Shown: positions 12,198-25,341 of the stretch, in pieces | Layout: each line of letters starts with the position of its first letter | Position numbering within the stretch: position 1 is the stretch's first letter | From: Azolla caroliniana | Lineage: Eukaryota > Plantae > Polypodiophyta | DNA: 64,000 nucleotides | Direction of reading: 5' to 3' | NCBI GenBank assembly: GCA_043228905.1 | Contig: JBHGNT010000017.1 | Location: 7,874,001-7,938,000, forward strand | Made by a program: the position numbers and the translations under genes | Notes under the pieces: model-generated | Databases searched by the model: none | Seen by the model: only the letters and a program-made list of their open reading frames with translations | Told to the model about the DNA's origin: nothing

Positions 12198-15100
12198 TCA
12201 AATCATCCGAAGTTCATATTCACCAGCAGTTGTGATATATCGTACCCATGGTAATGCCTGATACCCACTCTTTTCAATGATCTTAAGATACCTTACCTGC
12301 ACAATTCATAAATAGCTGGCATTGATTAAACTAAACACAAATAAATTCCTATTTTAAGGTTTTGGTCTGAAAATCACGTCTCTTTCTGTTCTTCTTTCCT
12401 CAATTCATGTAGCAACACAAGATAGCAGAGCAACTGTGTATGTGCTTCAAGGTTATTCACTGTAACTAATCAAAAAGTAGAGCCCAGATGGGATTATTTT
12501 CAATGGTTCACTAAACATTTAAGAGTAATGTGAATGTATCACCACTGAATATTGTGTGATTTTTACGTAAGATAGCAAAAAAGAAAAAGAAGTGAAATTG
12601 ACACCAACAGATGTCTACAAGGCTGTTTAATGATCAAATTCCCTCACCATGAAGTCTAGAGTATTCTGGTCTTGTAGAGGCATTTGCAATTGCAAGCAAG
12701 AACTCACTGAATGTGCCCTATTTATTGGTTCTCTTTATGGATAAGACTTTCAGAGGATGTAGTTGTCCAATGCACAACTAAGAAATAAAAAATATAGTAG
12801 GATTTGCACAAATATAATGGGTCCTGGAATTGAGACACCAAATGGCATTCAGGGAGCATAGTTTTCCTTCACTCGGAACCATGGGTACTAGCCATCTCAG
12901 AGAAAACCATATATGTGTAAATGATCACTAGTCTCACATATCATGGTGACCATCAGCTTTCTTGGGATATGCAAACAGATCAATGATTCAATGAAAACTA
13001 GACAAGCAATCACATCAATAGTCTATTTCATTGGAATACATATTTGACAAAATCAATGGAATCTGTTATTTCACTTAATGATCGGATGATGTTTCTTAAC
13101 TGGTCCAAAGGACAGCAAAGAATGGACAAAAAGAGTTGAAATAGAGAGGATTAATCTTTAAGACATTTGGCAAGCAACAAGCACCCAAACAAAATCCAAG
13201 TAGCATTAATATCATATCTCTTCTCTATGGCAAAATTATTTTGATGTGTTGGCAAGAAAAATGAGGGGGGATGAATTACAAGTTTCCAAAATGTTGGTTT
13301 TACCTGAATTCCAGACACTGTGAAGTAAGGAATTTCAAATTTGACCCGTATAGGTGGATGCTTTTCAGGTGTGGTCTCCTCAGCTGCAATGCTTGGAAGT
13401 CCAAACTGAGCTCTTAATAAATAGTCCTGCAGAGGCCATACGAAGATATGTCACTTAATTATTACAAGGTAGGTTGATTGTGCCAATGTTCATAAACCTA
13501 CTTTTCCACCAGGAAAGGATTTGATCCTCCATATCAATGCTTCTTTCTCAGGAGCATATACAGCTGACCCCATTGATGTCCGGACAGACGGAGTTGTCGC
13601 ATCTGAGGAGACTGGAAGTTCAATCTCCACATTTGTGGCTGTACTGAAAGATGTAAGATATATTAATACGTCAATCCATTATAACATCATAGTGGCTCAA
13701 ATTATCATTTATTAGGGTATGACTGCAGCACCATTATCTATACAATCATAAACCCAAACAATAACAAAAACTCAGAAGTGAACTCAACTTTACATCCTCC
13801 TCACCTCCGCTCTTTGAATTGACTTCGGGCTTTCACTGTATACTCAACACGACTTCTCGAGTGCCTTTCAACTTGAGCTTCAACCCAAATTAGAGGTTTC
13901 ACCTGCATATCAATAAAGAACCCAACTGATTTATGCTCCTAAAGCTTCCAGATGAGAGGTTTTTTCCTGCATATCAACAAAAATTTAGTCTTTAAAACAA
14001 CTCAAAACTCCTTGTAAGCTTCACCTGAGTATTCAAACGATATGTCATCAGATCAAAAGATCCATCTGGAGGGATAAATGAGATTGTTCGATCATTCTCA
14101 AAGCGTGCCAGACGCACACACCTACAATGGAACACGAAAATTTATGACTTTCACCACACCAGAAATACCCATCCTTTGACCATCTGAAGGTTTCAAATTA
14201 CATACTGATGAAATTTGATGTCATCAAGATCAATCGCCTTCCCCTTAGTAGAGCGTCCTTGTGCCTCCAATAACACTCTATCGTTGAGACCCAGCTTGCA
14301 CTCTGGCATTCCACTAGAAAATTGCACCAAAAGAATAATTCTCATTATCTCAATATTCTTCACATAGTTTCCCCAACAGAAGGTAAAAAGCACTCCATTT
14401 TATTACCTGAGATATGTCCTCATCTTCAATGCCCCCACTACATCAGATCTTACAACTTGCCCATTGCTATTGACCAAAATGTTCACACTCTCAACAACAT
14501 CTAAGAAAACCTGGTAAAGGGCATAAAACTATAAAATGATAAAACTAAAGAGAAAACCACGACCAGTGAAGGATAAGGAGTACCTCATTCTTCTTGTAGC
14601 GAATGCCTTCACTTCTCCAAGAGACTGCATTTGTGACAGCCATTGGAGGACGCTGAGTTACTTCCATCTTGTATGCATCTGTCTTTATGAACTCGCTTAA
14701 AATCTTTGCTTCCGTAAATTGTGGATAACCAAAATCCATCATTTCATCTAAAAGTTCATACTTCAAATTGAGATACCAAACGTAATTAGTTTTAATATAT
14801 TTATCATGGAAAACAAGAAACTATAAAAGCTTTCCATAGACACAGATTTATAACATAATAACAACACTTAAGCATAACTTACCACAACCACAAAGTTGTC
14901 TCGCAATGATTCCTCTTCAAGTTCCTCAAAGTAATGCTTCAAGACCTGAAAATTTGAGACTTGAAGAGTTATCTTTTCACATTGAAAGTAAATCAAAATA
15001 TTACATTTTCAACAAAACTTTTACTCACGTCAATAACCCGATGCAAAAATAGCAAAAGACTTGCAGCATTGCAATTTTGCCTTGCTGCTATCACTACATA

Positions 15101-15999
15101 AACATTGTTATACTGAATATACATATATGTAACACCATCTTCCAAAACAACAGGATCATGTGAGGCTGGATCCCCCTGGTAACAATGTTCATGATGTCAG
15201 TACAAGAATCAATAGAATTTGTTGCTTATTGCTTAGTTATATGTTGTTCATCATTAAGAAAGATTTAGCATTTTTACTTGCACCCAAGAAAAAGAGAAAA
15301 GTACTGGTTACATGATATATATCAGATGGAATAGGCAATTTAATGGGATGAAAGGGGTAAGTAGCTAGATTATAGATTGCTACCAAAACATGGCCATATA
15401 TTATCATATTATCAAGCCAATGCTATTTACATATACATCGGCAGAGAATGAGCTACAAAAGATAGGTCTTACTGACATTTTTCAAGGAAAATTTCAAAGA
15501 TGGTGTATCACAAGTTCTAGGGCTTCCGATAGTCTTACTGTGTTTTAAATAAGAATAATCAGCTAAATTTCAAATTGGTACCAAAACATAGCATATTATT
15601 AAGCCAATACTATGTGTCTATACATTAATCATAGAGAATCAGCAACGAAAGATAGAATCTGTGACAGTTGCAATATCAAGTTTCAACGATGGTGACAGGC
15701 TACATCACGCATTTTAAATCTTGAGTGTGTAGCACTCTTAGTGCCTTCTGAATAGGAGTAATTAGCTAAGTGTCAGAATTCTACCAAAAAACAACCATTT
15801 ATAAGCGTATTGGTAAGCCAATGCTATGTATCTATACATTAATAATGGAAAAATGAGCTATAATGCATACCACTCTGTCAATGAGTTTTGAGAAAAATTT
15901 CTCCACTTGACTGGCACTAACATCTCCTCTATAGTCTTTCAAAATCAAAACGTGCCCTTTCATATCTAGGAGAAACAAAGCTGATGCTGCACCCGACAT
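12198..15999 (-). CDS. AP1M: AP-1 adaptor complex medium (mu) subunit, 428 aa. Exons: 15999-15871, 15175-15029, 14945-14883, 14760-14584, 14510-14407, 14313-14206, 14121-14025, 13902-13805, 13643-13502, 13426-13304, 12296-12198
   Basis: Manual splicing gives all GT-AG introns and 1287 nt in frame. Sequence runs MSGAASALFLLDMKG...DYRGDV, YELLDEMMDFGYPQ, VSWRSEGIRYKKNEVFLDV, SGMPECKLGLND, KFEIPYFTVSGIQVRYLKIIEKSGYQALPWVRYIT..GEYELRMI*. Confidence 0.97.
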
Positions 16000-17670
16000 T
16001 TTGAAGAAATGCTCGCAACACTAAATCCTTATGTATATCATTGAAATAATACCTGCATAGTGCATTTTGATAATCATTGTTCATCCTCAATGATTTTTGT
16101 GATTATTACAAAAAACTTTTACACCAGTGTGATTAGTGAAGTTTATTAATTCTCTGTTACAAAAAAACATCCTCTTCTGTGTCATCATAACATCTTCATA
16201 TTGGATATTAACACATCATTCAATAATCACAGAAGCATATAAACCCTCCTATTTATCAGAGTTTCTTTTTTAAATCCAATGCTACTAGTTTCAACTCTTT
16301 GTTGTGGAAAATGAATTTATAAAATCAGTTTTTTGGGAGGAAAGTGTTAGTTGAATGTTAATGGGCAGCTATCAAACTCAAAATATGAATGCTTTCTCAG
16401 GTACCATATCATTAGACCCTTCTTTCTAGACTTGAAACCATGAATTTAACGATATACCCTTTCCAAACCTCCTGTACAGCCATCGTCTCATAGATCACGA
16501 TCGGTCATCTGTGGACATTAAAAACTTATCTATCTCTCCAATTAAAGCACTCATCAATATATTATTTCCCACATCCATCATCAAGAATGTAACTTTCCTA
16601 TGACTCCTTTATAGCTTAATTACACTGACGTAGCAACATTTGTACATGAGGACATAAACTCAAATGTTCTTTGGACCAGCATGAAAATAAAAAGATAAAA
16701 AATGTAGTTTTCTGCTACAATTCATCACAGTGGTGTAGCAACATTTGCACATACATAACAATGATATGCACTCATATTTTCTCCGGATCAGCATGAAAAT
16801 AAATAGAAAGGCAATTTCTGCTACAATTTCATAACAGTGATATAGCAACAGCCATTGGAACTGTTCATAATAGTGGCATAGCATCATCCACACCACCATG
16901 AAATAGGTACTACAAAAAGAAAATTTTGTGCTACAGATTCAGAACACCACAATGGAAATATTCAAACATAACGTGGAGATAACTCAAATCGTCTTGGAAC
17001 CGGTGTGAAAATCAACAAATGAAATTAAATGTCTGCTTCAAATATATTCATACAACTTTTTCTGTGTTAACTCTTAACCAGATTGAATACACCGACATAG
17101 CAGTCGTTGTAAATAGCAATAACATCACTCAAATGCTTAACAGGTCACTGTGAAAACAAACAAAGCAGAAAATTTTCATTCCATCTTTCTGTTTTAATAC
17201 TTAACTAGACTGGCGTCACAGCATTCATACATAAGAAATCTATCACTCGATGTTCTGAGGAGCATCATGAAAATAAACAAAAGAAGAAGTGCATTTTCTT
17301 CGTACAATTTTCATAGATCACTCAAGACGACCATGAAACTAAACAAAAAGAAGGAGAATAAGTCAAATTTCTGCTACAACTTTCAAGTGACTTTTTCTCT
17401 CCTAAGCAGGTGAGAGAGCACGAGGGAGAGAGAGATCTATTGATACAGAAAGATGTACAAATGGCAGATTTCTTTCTATCTCTTTTCCTAAATGTGATTG
17501 TATGGTATACAACATTACAGATACAGAAAATATCTTTCTCTCTGCGTGTGCGTGTGTGTGTGTGTGTGTTATGAAGCTACTTCTGGAAGCATAGCATTCA
17601 GCTCCAACATTCGTACGTAATTTGAGACTTTGAATCAACGAGCAATTACAGAGAGGAGGAAGGAGGATAC

Positions 17671-17827
17671 CTTGATCGGATCGGATCTGAACTGATCTGA
17701 TCTGTGATGGTCTGGTCTGGTCTACTCTCTCGATGCCGATCCGCTCACAGAAGAACAATCCTGTTGTTGTGTACACAAACAAACACAACTTGGGAGAGAG
17801 AGATAGGGACAGACAGACAGAGAAAGA

Positions 17828-17866
<39 letters not shown>

Positions 17867-17960
17867 TAAAGTTAAGGGGTCATGAAATTGCTGCTGTGCA
17901 GCTTCTTCTTCTTCTTCTTCTTCTTCTTCTTCTTCAAGTGTGTAAGTGTTTGTTTGTGTT
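17671..17960 (-). promoter_or_regulatory. Probable non-coding 5' UTR exon/promoter of AP1M with (GAA)n and (CT)n tracts; intron 17670-16053
   Basis: Donor AAG|GTATCC at 17670 and acceptor GCAG at 16053 upstream of the ATG. CT-rich leader typical of plant 5' UTRs. The start position is uncertain. Confidence 0.55.
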
Positions 17961-20634
17961 GTGTTTCTCCAATCTCCAAAACTCACACTACACTTGGGAG
18001 TTGGGTTGGATGGATGGGTCTCTCTCTCTTCATTCATTCTCTCTCACATACAACTCTCTCTCTCGATCTCGATCTCGATCTCGAACCTTTTTGCTCTTTG
18101 TGGGTTGTTGTTGTTGTTGCTGCTGCGTCTTTCTCTTTCTCCTCCCCCCTCGTCCACCCCGCGCTCCAAGGACTAGACTTTGGCAATCGAAAATCCCTCA
18201 CTTTCTCCTCTCCTACATCGGTCATGCTTCCCCACCTGAAGTTTGGGCGCAGCCCAGGAATAACGAGATTATTCCGAAATTCGCGCGGCGGTGTTGGAAC
18301 CAGCCATCGAATTATTGGGTATATCCAAAAACATCATCGAATTCTCTGTCGATGGGGGGATTTTGAGAGCATCACCTTTCTTCTCCCCTCATTGACAATG
18401 AACAAACTCGCCTCCAATGTGAAAACGGAAGTCTGAGGGTATCTTCTTCATTTGGATGGTTGCCCCACCTCCCCCCCCCCCCCCCCAAAAAAAAAAGCAA
18501 AATGGGAATATGCACACATCACCACTCAATGCGTCTTTCAAATGCCAAGGTATTATGGAGCTTCCTTCAGTTAAGCTAAGGTGCACTTGGTATATATATC
18601 AATGCTACTTGCTTCACTCGCATACATGCAATTAATGTGGTCAAATGCAAGATTGCCTTTGAATTTCAAGAAGCAATGTGGATGGTGGTCCATTGAAGTT
18701 TATATCAAGTGATGACTCATTGTATAAGGTGGATGCTCTTGTCACATGTCAAGCATCTAAATCCAATGAAATTCCTCATTGGACATAACGTCATAAGTTG
18801 TTCAAATATGCATATCAAATGTATTGGTTAATAAGGGTTTGGTTGATATGTTGTGTGTTTTCCCCTAAGCACCCTTTATGTGTGTTTCTAAAGGCATCAA
18901 AATGAAGAAATTCAAGGTTGTGAAAAATAGGAAAAACTATGTGATCATGAAAATAGACCTTGCTACACAACAAGATACCAATAGTGGACAACAATCGGAT
19001 TTTTAACACATTGTGATATTATAAATGAGAGTAAGAACTCCATCTTGTTACTAAGAAAACAAAGTTTTGTATGATTCCAATTGCATCCATCTAAATTAAT
19101 TGCATGTGCTCACAAGATTGGCCACTTATTCATATGCATTTAAATTCCAAGAGTTCTTTATAAATTTCAATGGAGGCCATTTACGCTAATGGAGCACATT
19201 TGTTCCATTCATAGATGTCCATTGGCATTAGTAATCAATATTGTTCATAAGATTCTTTGGAAGCACTTGTTGGCTTGGGTTTGCATATCAATTCTATGAC
19301 TACTTGTGCATTTTTAAACGTTTGATGCATCGTTACAGCTTCTCAAGTTTCATGGTCTATCTAAATTTTCCTTTCCCTTGCTCAAAAACTCCAACCATTA
19401 ACTTGTGACAAGTAGTTTTTTTCAAAGTCTATGCATGTTGATTGTACTTTCATATTATTGGGATTAGCTTTGCAAATGTGATCGATGATGTGTATGCAAA
19501 AGTTCCTTGTAGAGTTCACACAATGATTTACAATCTCAAAGATTTACCAATAAATTACCATGTGAGCTAGATGATAAGAGACAATACCCTCTAAGGCTTA
19601 CTGTGTGCAACAAAAATTCAAGCTACAACTTTTGCTTCAACAATTAGAAAAAAATGTGGAATAGATAAGGAAAATTTATTGAAATCATCAGTGATCACAT
19701 GCATGAAGTTTGTCTAGAACTATGAAAGATGAAAGTTGAACGCAATGCATCTTACATTAAGGTGACATTTAAATGTGACTAGTTGTTCCAAGTTCATTTA
19801 TAATTATCTTGGGATAACTAAAATAAAGACTTGATAACTCAATCTTGGAACTGTAAAAATTTATTGCAAAACCAGGATCCAATCCTATGTGCCAAAAATA
19901 GAAATCAAGTTCTAGGAAAGCACAATCTAATTTCTTCCTTGCAAGGTGGATTTGTGGGGGCCTATTAGGCCCAATTCTCCCTTCTTGTCATACAGCTATG
20001 CATGACCCTTTGAACTCTAAAAGATACTTAAGTCATTACTCTAATTTCATACAATTTACATTGCATACATTATGTAAATGTGAATCAATAATTTATAAAG
20101 ATTCTAAGAATTTATCAAATAACACCTGAAACAGAATAGAATAGAACAGATTTTTTATCTTCTACGAGGAGCCCATGTTTTCATCGTCCATGAATAGAAA
20201 TGTTATAAAGGACATGAATGAAAAAAATGTCATGCTACTCCATTCTCAGACCCCTAATGCATATATAGGAGCTTTCAAATTGCTTGGAAGAAGCATCACT
20301 TATGACACAATGTGAATCAAATGGCATTATCTATATGGACACAATGTAGATTTATCGCACATATATACACAATGTAAGATATACCATGAACATACCATGT
20401 ATAGATATACAACAAATTCCATTTGACAGACTCAAGGCGCACAGGATAATCCAATCAATAAAGAACAAAGAAGACTTGAATGATTCTTTTGCAGTTTCTT
20501 CTGATTTTGCTGTGTTTAATTGATAGAAATCTTCCACTAATTGCAACACATATTAAACAGGACTTTGAGGCATAATGGGCAAAGAAACTCATATATTGGT
20601 AAGATGACAAACATGATTTGTCCATTTTTCTTAT

Positions 20635-22550
20635 TCAGTAGTTTTTACCACAATGAATTAGACTTCCAGCACCGAGAAAGAGACCGAATATAGCAGCACT
20701 TCCAAGGGTGTTTTGTCCTATCATGCGCAATTTCAGCAATCCAGGAACCTACAAAGAAAATGATAGAACCCATACAATCAGAATATAATATTATCTGTTT
20801 CTAATTGTGATAGATGTTACGAAGGGAAAACAGACTAGTTCCAGTGCCATCTGTATTTGTATCATCATGCAATGCTTTTTGAATCACATATTTTAACTAA
20901 TTGAATCATCACATGAGAGGACTATCCTATATCCCTATAAATGCATTGTGAGTATGTTGCCACATCCCAATGCACATCATAGATGCTTTAGAATCCAGAT
21001 CAATATCTGTAAATAAAATCTTCGGGAACCAGCAAGTTTTTCCTTTCATGCATGCATCATGGTAAAACAGGAAAATATAAGAAAACACCAAAAAATGTAA
21101 TTGAGAGTTTATATATTTATGTTCGATGTCATTACTGTAATATAATTTTAAACTAACCTTCTTACTGCACACTCATCTACCAACCAACTGTTACTAATAC
21201 AAAATATACTTCGCTAGAACAAGAAATAACAAGTGCATTGTTTAGTTTGGGAGAATAAATCTATACCTTATATCTAACAGCCTCAAATGTTCCATAGACA
21301 GCACCTGGGAATTGAAACATGCAAACAATTAAAAAAAATAAAACTTTTCCATGAAGAGACTAACAGGAATAAATTAGAACAAGTAAGCTGAAAGAAATTG
21401 TGCCACCTAAATTGTGATTGAGATATCAATCATCAGTTGAGTGATATAAAACATATCAACTACATGCTAAAGCACAATCTACAGTTTGTCTTTATACAAT
21501 ATGTAAGAGACTTTAGACATTTCCACAATTTTCAGGTGTCACTGAATTGAAATTCTGAAATTCAGATGTATAAACATGACAGTTCTAATATACAGCTCAT
21601 GGTTTTTAACATTTCAGTTGCATACAAGCAGTTGATTCCTACAAAACTTGCACCAACATTCGAAATTTTTTCAATAAGACAACAAGTCTTCCCTTATAAT
21701 TACTGATTGCGTTCAACATCATGAATCATTAACTTCACGATGAAGCCTAAATGTTTTCTGTGTAGTAGTCATATTTTTGGTAAAGCATTGAGCTATGTTT
21801 GGTTAAAGCATTAAACATCTACAAGCCCAACACAGATTTGCAATTGTATGAGAGCCTTTCAAAGTAAAATTGGTATTTCCTCAAAGATTGTGTAGTGCAG
21901 CAGCTATACCTTCTGCTACCGACCATATAACTTCGCTCTCAGCACTATATGGCTGTACCTTTTTAGTGCAAAACCCCCAAAAAATACCCAGATCATATGT
22001 GATAAACGGTCAATTTGTCATTAAGTTAGAAATTCTGCTTGTGTCAAAATGGCAACTTTAAAATCCATACATTATATCTATTTGGAAGGGAAAAGTACAT
22101 AGAACTAAGTAGAGGTAATCAGACGGGTGGGTCCTTTTAGTCGGAAGTCTAGCAATCTAAAATCCACATCCCACATCAGCATCTCCACATCCAACATCCA
22201 ACATTTAACATCATGAATTTAAGTCCTTTGCACAGTGATCTTGGGTGACGTGAGATTTACGTGGGTGATATGTTTTCTCATAAATTGTCCAAATATCTCA
22301 ACAAATAAATGTCCAAGTTCTCTTCTTGTACATTTCCACTGGTTTATTCAACCAAGTGAATAGAGCAGAGTCACAAAGAGAGCTGTGTGTAATCTTACTG
22401 AGTGCAGAAACCTCTCTGTCTCCCTGTGTGTAGTTGAGATAAGAAGAAAGAGTGGAAGGGGAGTTATATGAACTTACCGATGGCACCTCCGACAGTTGCT
22501 CCCATGGCTACACCAGCAACCACTCTCGTCAGGCAACTGTCACGCGCCAT
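20635..22550 (-). CDS. ROMO1: Reactive oxygen species modulator 1 / MGR2 family mitochondrial inner-membrane protein, 74 aa. Exons: 22550-22478, 21304-21267, 20748-20635
   Basis: The spliced product is MARDSCLTRVVAGVAMGATVGGAIG|AVYGTFEAVRYK|VPGLLKLRMIGQNTLGSAAIFGLFLGAGSLIHCGKNY*, matching the plant Romo1/Mgr2 pattern. GT-AG introns, 225 nt in frame. Missed by the ORF track. Confidence 0.93.
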
Positions 22551-24130
22551 GGCTTCTTCTAGGGTTTAACACAAAGAATACGGACATATATGTAATGTAT
22601 GATAATAATGTATGTATGTATGTATGTATGTACATATATAAGCTCGTGTCTATGTGCTACCAAATCATATGGAGGCCTGGCTAGGCTCGTGACCAGCCAG
22701 TGTTGGCCAAAGTTTATAACCCTTACCGGAAATTTTCTTGTTGCTTATGATCCTAACCGGAAATTAAAAAATTTAACCGGCCACTTTCTTACTAGTGATA
22801 ATATCAACCGAAACATGCTAAAAAACTTTTTTTAGAACAAGATGAGGTAGCAACATAGATAAAAGGACATTATATGAAGCAAATATGTCCTTCCTCCCCT
22901 ACCCTATGTATGATGCAACCATATGGGCTTTAAGACGCCCCATGTACATATGGACATAGAGAGTCCACAATCATTATGTTGTCCTAGATAATATATATCA
23001 AAGTATCCACTTCCACATGAGATCATTTGAGTTCAATTGACAAAACCCTCCCTCCTTGACAATAGAAGCATAATTTGTTCCATCAGTCCAAAACAATTAC
23101 CGATACCACTAAACCCTTACACATATTGGTTATTAACATTTTAGTCCAAACTTTTTTATTGGCTAGCTCTCACAAATGTGAAAAAGGTCAAGGCAAAAGA
23201 ATGGTATTAAAAAGAAAAACAAATATACAAAAGCTAAACATGTGGATATTGATATTTATGTGATCAATTTAGGAAACTAGCATACATATTATTTTTCATT
23301 CACTACAAAATGAGCAACTATGCAAGATAATTAATCCTTAGCCTCATGATAATAAAAACTATAGAGGCTAACCATGAGACAATCTATTAAGAATGTCATG
23401 CTCTTGCAATAATCGAAAGGTGCATCCTTTTCCTTCTCCTTGCAATGAAGAAAGCCACCTCACTAAAATGGAAACATGGTGAGAAATGATTTCCATGATC
23501 TCGTGTTGGTATGGCACATAAGCCTTATCTCCTTCTACACACAGTCTTTGTTGTCATTGTCATGATAACACTCACATCATGCATCAAAAGGATCATGACA
23601 CTCACATTATGACTCGAAAGGATTTAAACCCACGACCTTGTTGTACACATGTCAAATCCTTAACCATTGTATTAATATTCTTATATGTATAGTCTCTAGA
23701 ATATGAAATCTAATATCATAGGAATATTCTATATTACTCTACATTCTAGAATGACCTAGAATATTCTAGAGTGTTCTATACCACTAGAACCTTCTAGAAT
23801 ACTCTAGAGATCTTCTAGATTACTCTACATTCTAGGATAACCTAGAATATTCTAGAATGTTCTCTCTTACTTATAAATAGGGATCTACCACCCATCCCAA
23901 ACCTAAATTGGTTCAACGCCATTTTGTAGCCTACTCTTTGTAATCCATTTTACGCTTCAATATAATAATTCTCTTTCAATTATCTCTCTATCTCTCTATC
24001 TCTTTTTCTCTTTTTCTCTCTTTCTCTCTCTCAGTCTTGACAGTTTGAACCAATTTTTTTCCTTTCATCTCTTCGTCTTCCACAAATCCTAACAAGTTCT
24101 CTTCTTCCTTCTCCTCTCCTCTCGTAAGCT

Positions 24131-25255
24131 ATGGAGTCCGTGAGCAAACAAGAATACATGCGTGTTCTTTCTGAGCTCGACATGCTCATGAATAAATTTG
24201 TGGCATTAGAGCATGAGAATCAAAGGCTACTTGGAGATCTACAACACGTGAGCGCCGAAAAAGCTCAACAATATGAAGAGTTATCACAGCGGGTTCATCA
24301 ACTCGAGGCGACTATATTGTCATTACGTGAGCAAGCGCCGGGGGCTCAAAACTCCCCTAGAGAGCCAAAGATCAGCCTCCTTGCCAAGTTTGATGGTACG
24401 AGGTCTTTATTTCGAGGCTTTTTGAATCAAGTTCGTCTAGTTATTCAACTACATCCCAATCGGTATCCAACTGATGCTGCTCGTGTGGGATTAGTGGGAA
24501 CTTTGCTATGCGGTACAGCGTTAACATGGTTCGCACCACTTCTCGAGAAGAAATCACCATTGCTGGAGGATTTCAAGGCATTTGTTAAAGAGTTTCAAGC
24601 TAGTTTCGGAGACACTGACAACACTAGGACAACGATAAACAAGATTCGAAGGCTCCGACAAGGAGATCGTCTCGCGTCGTCTTATGCAGCCGATTTCCGT
24701 CTCTTGGCATGCGATATCCCTTGGGATGAGGCAGCTTTAATGGATCAATTCCGCCAAGGTTAGAGAAATGATGTCAAAGATCTTCTTCTTACTTTCCCTG
24801 AAGATCCGCAGTCACTTACAGAAGCCATTAGTCGAGCTGTGCGATGTGATAATCGCCTATTTGAGCGACGTTCTGAGCGCCAACAAATGTTACGCCGCCA
24901 ACCTGAGCAGACTTATGCTTTCGTAGTTGCAACGCCTCCACAAGTTTCTAGACCCATTACAAGGGATGGCCCAACTCCGATGGAAATAGAGTCAACACAA
25001 CGTCGTGGGCCGTTATCAGATGCTGAGAAGCAACGACGTCGAGCGCATCGCCTCTGCCTGTATTGTGGCGGTCCAGGACATATAGCTGTAAATTGTCCAC
25101 ATAAACCTAGGCGTCAAGTATACCAAGTAAGTGCCCATGAAAACCCTACATCGAGTTCTATTGTTACTTCTAATAACATAAATAAGCCTCATAGTCCATG
25201 CCATGAGAATAGATTCGATGTCTTGAGTCAATTAGACGATGTGTTAAACGAGTAA
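24131..25255 (+). pseudogene. gag of the Tcn1-like element (one in-frame stop at 24761)
   Basis: PKISL.AKFDGTRS, LRQG, GPTPMEI and the CCHC knuckle CLYCGGPGHIAVNC. Confidence 0.9.
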
Positions 25256-25341
25256 GTCCGGCCAAAATAGGAGCCATTTGGCTGGACCATCCTAGCTATG
25301 TAGAGTTAGTTCCTACTCGTGGTTCCATTTCATCAAATCAA

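Noticed and set aside
17402-18436. ORFs of 184-220 aa on both strands
   Set aside because: They are translations of (AG)n, (TTC)n and (TTG)n microsatellites in the AP1M leader/promoter and contain no domain.
18500-20300. Possible decayed transposase or gene
   Set aside because: AT-rich with stops in all frames and no motif I could recognise.
23390-23557. hAT transposase or captured exon split by the Tcn1 insertion (continuing at 29337)
   Set aside because: The rejoined sequence gave no recognisable protein in the three minus-strand frames I translated.
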